From NCBI RefSeq assembly GCF_009914755.1, contig NC_060925.1: 64,000 nt of DNA. The stretch is one strand, 5' to 3'. Of the stretch, positions 56,578 to 64,000 are shown piece after piece. Numbering within the stretch: position 1 is the first letter of the stretch; each line of letters opens with the position of its first letter. Source of the DNA: the human T2T-CHM13v2.0 reference genome, Homo sapiens. A program made the position numbers and the translations under genes. The notes beneath the pieces were generated by a model. It was not told where the DNA came from. It was given only the letters and a program-made list of their open reading frames with translations, and did no database searches.

Positions 56578-58046
56578 TTAGATGACACCCAGGAGACACA
56601 ATTAGAAAAATCCAAAAGATGAGAAACTCTATAGGTCACATGGTCCCATTTCTTCAAAAGCACCTTGCAAAGGAAAGAGGGAGTGAGAGAAGGACATAGG
56701 AAGAGCACACAGATCAAGAGACTGTGTCTACACTTTATTTGAATCCTGATTTAAATATTAAACTATGGGGAGAGGGAGAGAGAAGAGAATTGAATTGGGG
56801 AAATGTAAACACTGACTGGATATTTGATGATAGTAAGGAATTATTGTTTTTTGTCACTGCAAGGATAATGTGAAATTTCTTCAAAATAATCAATAGCCAG
56901 CGGGAGCGAGTAGAAGTAAGGATATAGATGAAATGATGTCCATGAGCTAGTAGTTGAAGCTATGATGGATACGTGAAAGATCATGATGCATTTACTTTTG
57001 AATATATTTGAATTTTATGTTATTAAAAATTTTTTAAACAAATCAAAAAAAGTAATTATTTCATTTCACTCCAGCAGACTAGCATAGACAAGCTGAAAAT
57101 CAATGAGCCAATGAGAATCCACCTAAGAAAGTCATATAAAAATAGCAAAATAAACTAAAAGAAAGCAGAAGGAAGGAAATAATAAAAAAAATACAAATTG
57201 TAAACAAATACACAAGACAGAAGAACAATAGAGTCAAACTTGGCCCCTTTGGAAACCCCAATCAAATGATGAACCTCTGATGATAATGATCAAGAATAAA
57301 AAAAGAATGTTCAAATAATCAACATTGTAAATGAAGAGGGAAACATCTTAATAGAAACTGAAGACATGAAAAATCTTTTAAAAGGATGCTTTAAACAAGT
57401 TTACGCCAATGAATTTTCCAATTTAGGTGAACTTGGCTAATTCCTAGTACAGTACAATTTACCAAGCTAATTGATGAATAATTAGAAAACCAATAGGATT
57501 CTAAGATGTACAACACCCCTACTAAGAAAAGTATAAGCCATTATTGAGAAAAATTAAGAATGATGTAATAAATGAAAGGATAAAATTGTAAGACTGAATA
57601 TTTAAAATATAGTAATTTCCCCAAAATTGATCTGTATATTCAATATTATCTCAACCAAAATCCTAACAAGTATTTGTGCACGTGTATGTGCAGGCACAAG
57701 TGTGTGTGTGAACTGACAAATTGGTTCTAAAATGTATCTGGAAATACGAAGTGACACAAATAGCCAAAACAATATTTTAAAAGAAGTACAACTTTAAAAT
57801 GCATATTACTAAGTGAAAAAAGCCAATATGAAAAGCCTACATACTGTATGATGCCAACTATATGACATTCTGGAAAAGGCAAAACTGTGGAGATGGTAAA
57901 AAAATCAGAGGTTGCCAGGGGTTAGGGAGGAGGGATGAATAGGTAGGGGGAAAAAAGTAAATTATTTTAAAATACATAATGACTTAGAACGTTTACTGCC
58001 CAAATACTCTCACTGAAAAATTACCAAAGGATAGAAATGAATAAGG

Positions 58047-58738
<692 letters not shown>

Positions 58739-58781
58739 TATAGCTTAATATAAAAATGTATTGACCACTAGTAGTCAATTA

Positions 58782-59159
<378 letters not shown>

Positions 59160-59513
59160 TCAGACTAAGTATGGGAGTGCAGTTTGGAAGGAAGTTAAAA
59201 TGCACTAAATTCTTGCCTCACTCGGGAAGAGGATATAAATACTGATTAACTTTAAACTTTGTTAGGAAAAAAAGGGTATGGATGTTAAAAATTTAAGGAA
59301 ACCACCAAAATATTGCACATAGAATTATAATAAGAAAACAATTTCTATTCAATAAAAGACAGAAAAAAAGAGAAAAAAGCATGAGAAAAAGAAAACACAA
59401 AATTAGTAGTGACAAGTCTAAATACATTAGTAATCACTATAAATGTCAATGGTAAACATACTAATTAAAAGACAGACTCTTAGATTGGATTTTAAAGTTC
59501 CAGTTAAATGATC

Positions 59514-59795
59514 TTTTTGTTTGTTTGTTTTTTGAGACGGAGTCTCGCTCTGTCACCAGGCTGGAGTGCAGTGGTGCAATCTCAGCTCTGCCTCCCGGGT
59601 TCAAGCGATTCTCCTGCCTCAGCCGGGTAGCTGGACTACAGGCGTGCACCATCACGCCCAGCTAATTTTTGTATTTTTAGTAGAGATGGGGTTTCACCAT
59701 GTTGGCCAGGATGGTCTTGATCTCTTGACTTCATGATCCGCCCACCTCGGCCTCCCAAAGTGCTGGGATTACAGGCATGAGCCACTGCGCCCAGC
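59514..59795 (-). mobile_element. AluSc-like
   Basis: Alu dimer with TSD TAAATGATCTTT. Confidence 0.9.
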
Positions 59796-60306
59796 CTAAA
59801 TGATCTTTGTAAGACATACACCTTACCACTTATAAAAAGAGAATTAATACCACAATTTTAAAAATCACATAATTTAAAGAAATAGCAATAAAAGAAATAA
59901 AGAAGGATATTTCATATTTAACCCACCAAGAAGACACAACAAAAAATATCATGGAAAACATTTATAAAAATTAGATTCAAGAACTTTCTCTTCCCTAGAA
60001 CTTTGCTTATTTCATTGCTCTGTACATTTCTTTGAACAGTTTGAGATTTTTGTCCTTCATATGTCTCTCTATATTTAAATATAGTATAGTACTAAAATAT
60101 ATTTTGGCTTAAAAATGATTCAGGAACTTTGAGGAATCAATACTAAGAAAGACAATGAAAGATAAGCAAAGCCAGGGGCCTCTTACTCCCTGTAGAGAGA
60201 GGAGGCTAGATCACAGCAACTCCCATGCATGCACAATGCGTTCATTAGCATATAGTGCTACAGGGTGCAGGGGAAGGAGCTAGCTCTCATTAGAAGGGTT
60301 CAGAAG

Positions 60307-60928
<622 letters not shown>

Positions 60929-60957
60929 TCAGAAAAGGGCTTTCTGGAAGAAGTGGT

Positions 60958-61960
60958 ATGGTAGGCAGAATTCTAAGAATGACCTCCCCGCTCCCTCCGC
61001 CCCGCCAATGTCCCCTCACCCTCGTATAATCTCTTCCCGTTTGAGTACGGACAGACTCTGTGGATATGAAGAGATATCACTCCCAGGATAATGTCTTACA
61101 TGGCAAAGTGAGGGCTTGTCCAGGTGGGCCCAATCTAATCACATGACTCATTTTAAAAGCAGAGTTTTCTTCAGCTGGTGGTAGAAGAAGTCAAGGAAAT
61201 TCAGTGTGAGGGGGGATTTGACTTGAGGAAGGTCCTCTGTTGCTGAGATGGAAAAGGTCCCTGGAAAGACCTGGAGCAACTCCTGCCCAACAGCGGGCAA
61301 GGAGACAGGGACCTCATTTCTACTGAATCTGGCCAACAACCTGGAGGAGCTTGGAAGCAGATTCTTGCCCAGAGTCTCCAGGTAATAGCACAACCCAACT
61401 GACACCTTGATTTCTACCTCGTGAGACCCTGAGCAGAGAACCCAGTTGAGCCTACTATGACTTCTGACCTCTGGAACTAAAAGGTAATAAATGGCTGTTG
61501 GTTTAAGCCACTGTCCTAGTCCACTTGTGCTGCAATAAACAGAATACCTGATACTGGGCATTTTATAATGAACAGAAGCTTTTTGGCTTACAGTCCTGGA
61601 GGCTGGGGAGCCTAAGGTCAAGGCGCCAGCAGGCTTGGCATCTGGTGAGGCCATTCTCTTCTTCCAAGATGGTGTTTTTCCTGCTGTGTTCTCTGGAGGG
61701 GAGGAAGGCTGGATCACATGGCGGAAAGTGGAAAGGCCAGGAGAGCGAGCCCACTCCTGAAAACCCTTTTATTAAGACATTAAACCCACCCATATGTGTG
61801 AAACCCTCGTGGCCTAATCACCTTTTAAGGCCTTACCTCCCAATACCATTACAATGGCCGTTAAATTTCAACAGGCATTTTGGAGGGGACAAAGATTCAA
61901 ACCACCGCAGCTGCTACATTTATGGTAATTTGTTACACAGCAATAGAAATGAGTACAGGT
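60958..61960. mobile_element. MLT1 LTR interrupted by an opposite-strand MST/MLT1A LTR (about 61512-61910)
   Basis: MLT1 ...tgttggtttaagccac is split from ...tttatggtaatttgttacacagcaatagaaa by a second LTR. Confidence 0.72.
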
Positions 61961-62751
61961 TACATTTGAACTGTCCCTTGAGGGATGGATTGCATTTCAA
62001 AGTATAGAGAAGAAGAGGAAGAAGCTCTTTAGACAGAGCTCCAATTGGGCATTTTTCAGTCTCCTAGATAATGAAGCCTTCATTTATTGAGTGCTTGCAA
62101 TTTATAGAGCATATCTATGATATCATTTTACTAACTTCTCACAACTCTGTGAAATATTTATTATATCTCCACTTTACAGAGAAATAAACAACAGTCAAAA
62201 AGGTAAAGTAACCTGAGCCAAGTTAGTGGAGGAGGCTGTAATTAAAACCCAGGTCAGTTTCATTCCAAATCCCACCCTTTTTACTACATAAGCCTGACCT
62301 ACCTGGGGGCTTGGTGGCTGAAGAGTGATATGCCACCGAGGAGACAGGTCAGCACTGTTTCCTTTGGGTCAACGGCCCTTAATCTCTTACCTCAGCCTCG
62401 TGATTACATGGGGTTTTCCATGTTTGTTTTCTAGAACAGAGTCAAATGGTTTGCTTAAATCATTGCAGATCAATAAACACGTTAACTCTAAAACAAGTGC
62501 ACACAGTGTGACATTACCTCCCATCTCCACCTGTTTACTCTGTTTCCTGAGATGACTCATCCTAGCTGGTCCTCATCCATGTATCAGCCTGCCAGCAACC
62601 CTGAGGGCATTCATTCACCCTCAGTTGTACCTACTTCCATCCTCTGGGATTTCCACTTGAAAGACCTTCTGCCTCAGTGTCCACACATTGCAGGCTCACT
62701 CTGTGAGGGGGTTGCAGTGGGACTAAAAGGGGATCTCCACCATGTGATTGT

Positions 62752-63053
<302 letters not shown>

Positions 63054-63083
63054 TGATTTTCTAAGATGTTCTTAGGGAAACAT

Positions 63084-63086
<3 letters not shown>

Positions 63087-63119
<33 letters not shown>
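63087..63119 (+). repeat. (CA)n microsatellite
   Basis: Direct reading. Confidence 0.95.
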
Positions 63120-63121
<2 letters not shown>

Positions 63122-63315
63122 CTGCAACGTGGTGTATATAATGCTGGAAGTAGCGTCAGAGATTAGGCATTAGTGAAGAGTCCCTGAGTGAGACCAGAGA
63201 AATGTGAGCTAAAGATTCATAATGGAAGCAATGGTCAAGGGTAATGACCTGGCCCACTCTTTGTAGCAAAGCTACCTACTACTTTTGTGAATGAAGCAAC
63301 TGGAAATCAGACAAC

Positions 63316-63393
63316 GCCGGGCATGATGGCTCACACCTGTAATCCCAGCACTTTGGGAGGCCCAGGCGGGAGAATCATTTGAGCTCAGGAATT
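63316..63393 (+). mobile_element. Partial Alu left monomer
   Basis: gccgggcatgatggctcacacctgtaatcccagc... Confidence 0.8.
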
Positions 63394-64000
63394 TAAATGA
63401 GGGGAATACAAGGTGTGTTGCAGGAGTTTGTGTATTCTCTAGAATGTTTCTGTAGAATGACTTGCCCTTCTTCACTGTGGCTGCAGAAAAGACAGTAATC
63501 AGGGCTTCTAGAAAAGGGGATCATGTTGCTTTCCCAACATAAATAACAGACTAGTCAACTTGGAAAAAAATTCAGGGAAGCTGAAATCCTTCCCAAGCTC
63601 CTGATTTAATCAACAGTATTAGCTGAGACAGTAATCCACCCCTCAAATTCTGCAACATTTGACTCTGTATCATCTGCCAGGCCAACAGAAATAGCCCTTG
63701 ACTGTAGCATTAATCAACGGCACTAAAGCCATCTAAAAAAAGAATGTGTCTGAGAGGAACTGAGCTAGGAAGAAAAAATAGATACAAGGAGACAAAAGTT
63801 GTCGAAAGCATCTAGCCCCGTCCGAGACTCTGCATCTGGGGTCACTGAACACACAGCCCCGTCACTGGAGAAGTATTCTCTGCTGAGAAGAGATTTTCCA
63901 TCAGGCTTTACGGGAACGCAGGTGACGTATACCCTACAGCCATGGTGCTTTCCTTTCCGGTTTCATGCTTAGCAAAGAGCCCTCTGATTAATGATGCGTC

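Noticed and set aside
63115-63430. Short inverted match ACTCCTGCAAC / GTTGCAGGAGT
   Set aside because: Only 11 bp align confidently; cannot be told apart from chance or a decayed transposon end.

Overview
Human (primate) genomic DNA. The window holds the CpG-island promoter and exon 1 of TP53BP2/ASPP2 on the minus strand (coding MRFGSKMMP, donor GTAAGT at 21381). About 21 kb of intron 1 lies to the left (1-21381) and about 42 kb of repeat-rich upstream DNA to the right. The upstream region has a processed PHB1 pseudogene and a full-length L1PA8-like element sitting inside an older L1M. That L1 carries a full-length ACTB retrocopy in its 3' UTR and an Alu in ORF2. There are roughly 30 Alus, several MaLR LTRs and several DNA-transposon fossils. 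The least ordinary signals, all read directly from the sequence, are three. (i) Locally templated insertions: a 46-bp inverted copy of 49081-49126 inside the L1 5' UTR, an LTR-end duplicate enclosed by 33-bp inverted arms at 51522-51741, and two smaller cases. (ii) A 27/28-bp quasi-palindromic minisatellite that arrays six perfect POU octamers. (iii) An intronic MADE1 hairpin with an intact SETMAR site. Gene and repeat names come from recognition, not from a database search. I found no evidence of a new protein-coding system.
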